Assembly (NCBI GenBank): GCA_029953675.1 | Contig: JAMWBK010000005.1 | Coordinates: 2,790,001 to 2,854,000, forward strand | Reading direction: 5' to 3' | Length of the DNA stretch: 64,000 bases | Source of the DNA: Rhodosorus marinus CCMP1338 | Taxonomy: Eukaryota > Plantae > Rhodophyta | Shown here: positions 63,991-64,000 of the stretch, one piece after another | How the letters are laid out: each line of letters starts with the position of its first letter | Numbering within the stretch: the stretch's first letter is position 1 | The notes under the pieces: model-generated | What the model was told of the DNA's origin: nothing | Database searches by the model: none | Seen by the model: only the letters and a program-made list of their open reading frames with translations | Translations under genes and position numbers: made by a program

Positions 63991-64000
63991 CATTAGAACA

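Overview
This is eukaryotic nuclear DNA, not prokaryotic. It is gene-dense, with short GT-AG introns (mostly about 90-200 bp) and AT-rich promoter cores. A red alga is likely; this is inferred from the MAF-type plastid transit peptide on ClpS, a similar N-terminus on LipB, and the intron style. I can support about 18 protein-coding genes: an orphan secreted protein, a DUF89/ARMT1-like phosphatase, a p24/TMED cargo receptor, BAP31, an NSDHL-like 3-beta-HSD, an ERGIC-53/VIP36-like lectin, an FKBP-TPR protein, an SLC35F/THI74-like transporter, a MINPP1/phytase-like protein, a small 4-TM protein, ClpS, LipB, a two-repeat Myb, NSA2, a PaaI thioesterase, adenosine kinase, CENP-S/MHF1 and a coiled-coil protein, plus one weaker orphan. 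Intergenic regions hold decayed Copia, Gypsy, CRE-like LINE and possibly Mutator relics, several minisatellites and a MITE candidate. Five observations stand out. (1) A miniature Ty3/Gypsy element has LTRs abutted on both sides by a ~200-bp direct repeat instead of a 4-6-bp target-site duplication. (2) The histidine-phosphatase homolog lacks both catalytic motifs (RHG becomes RGG, HAE/HD becomes TES). (3) An inverted, intron-junction-containing fragment of clpS sits next to a polar minisatellite. (4) A bacterial-type PaaI thioesterase has a mitochondrial-presequence-like exon. (5) C/A-to-G/T strand skew flips at most promoters. All family calls come from motif recognition by eye; no database search was run, and exon boundaries are hand-derived.
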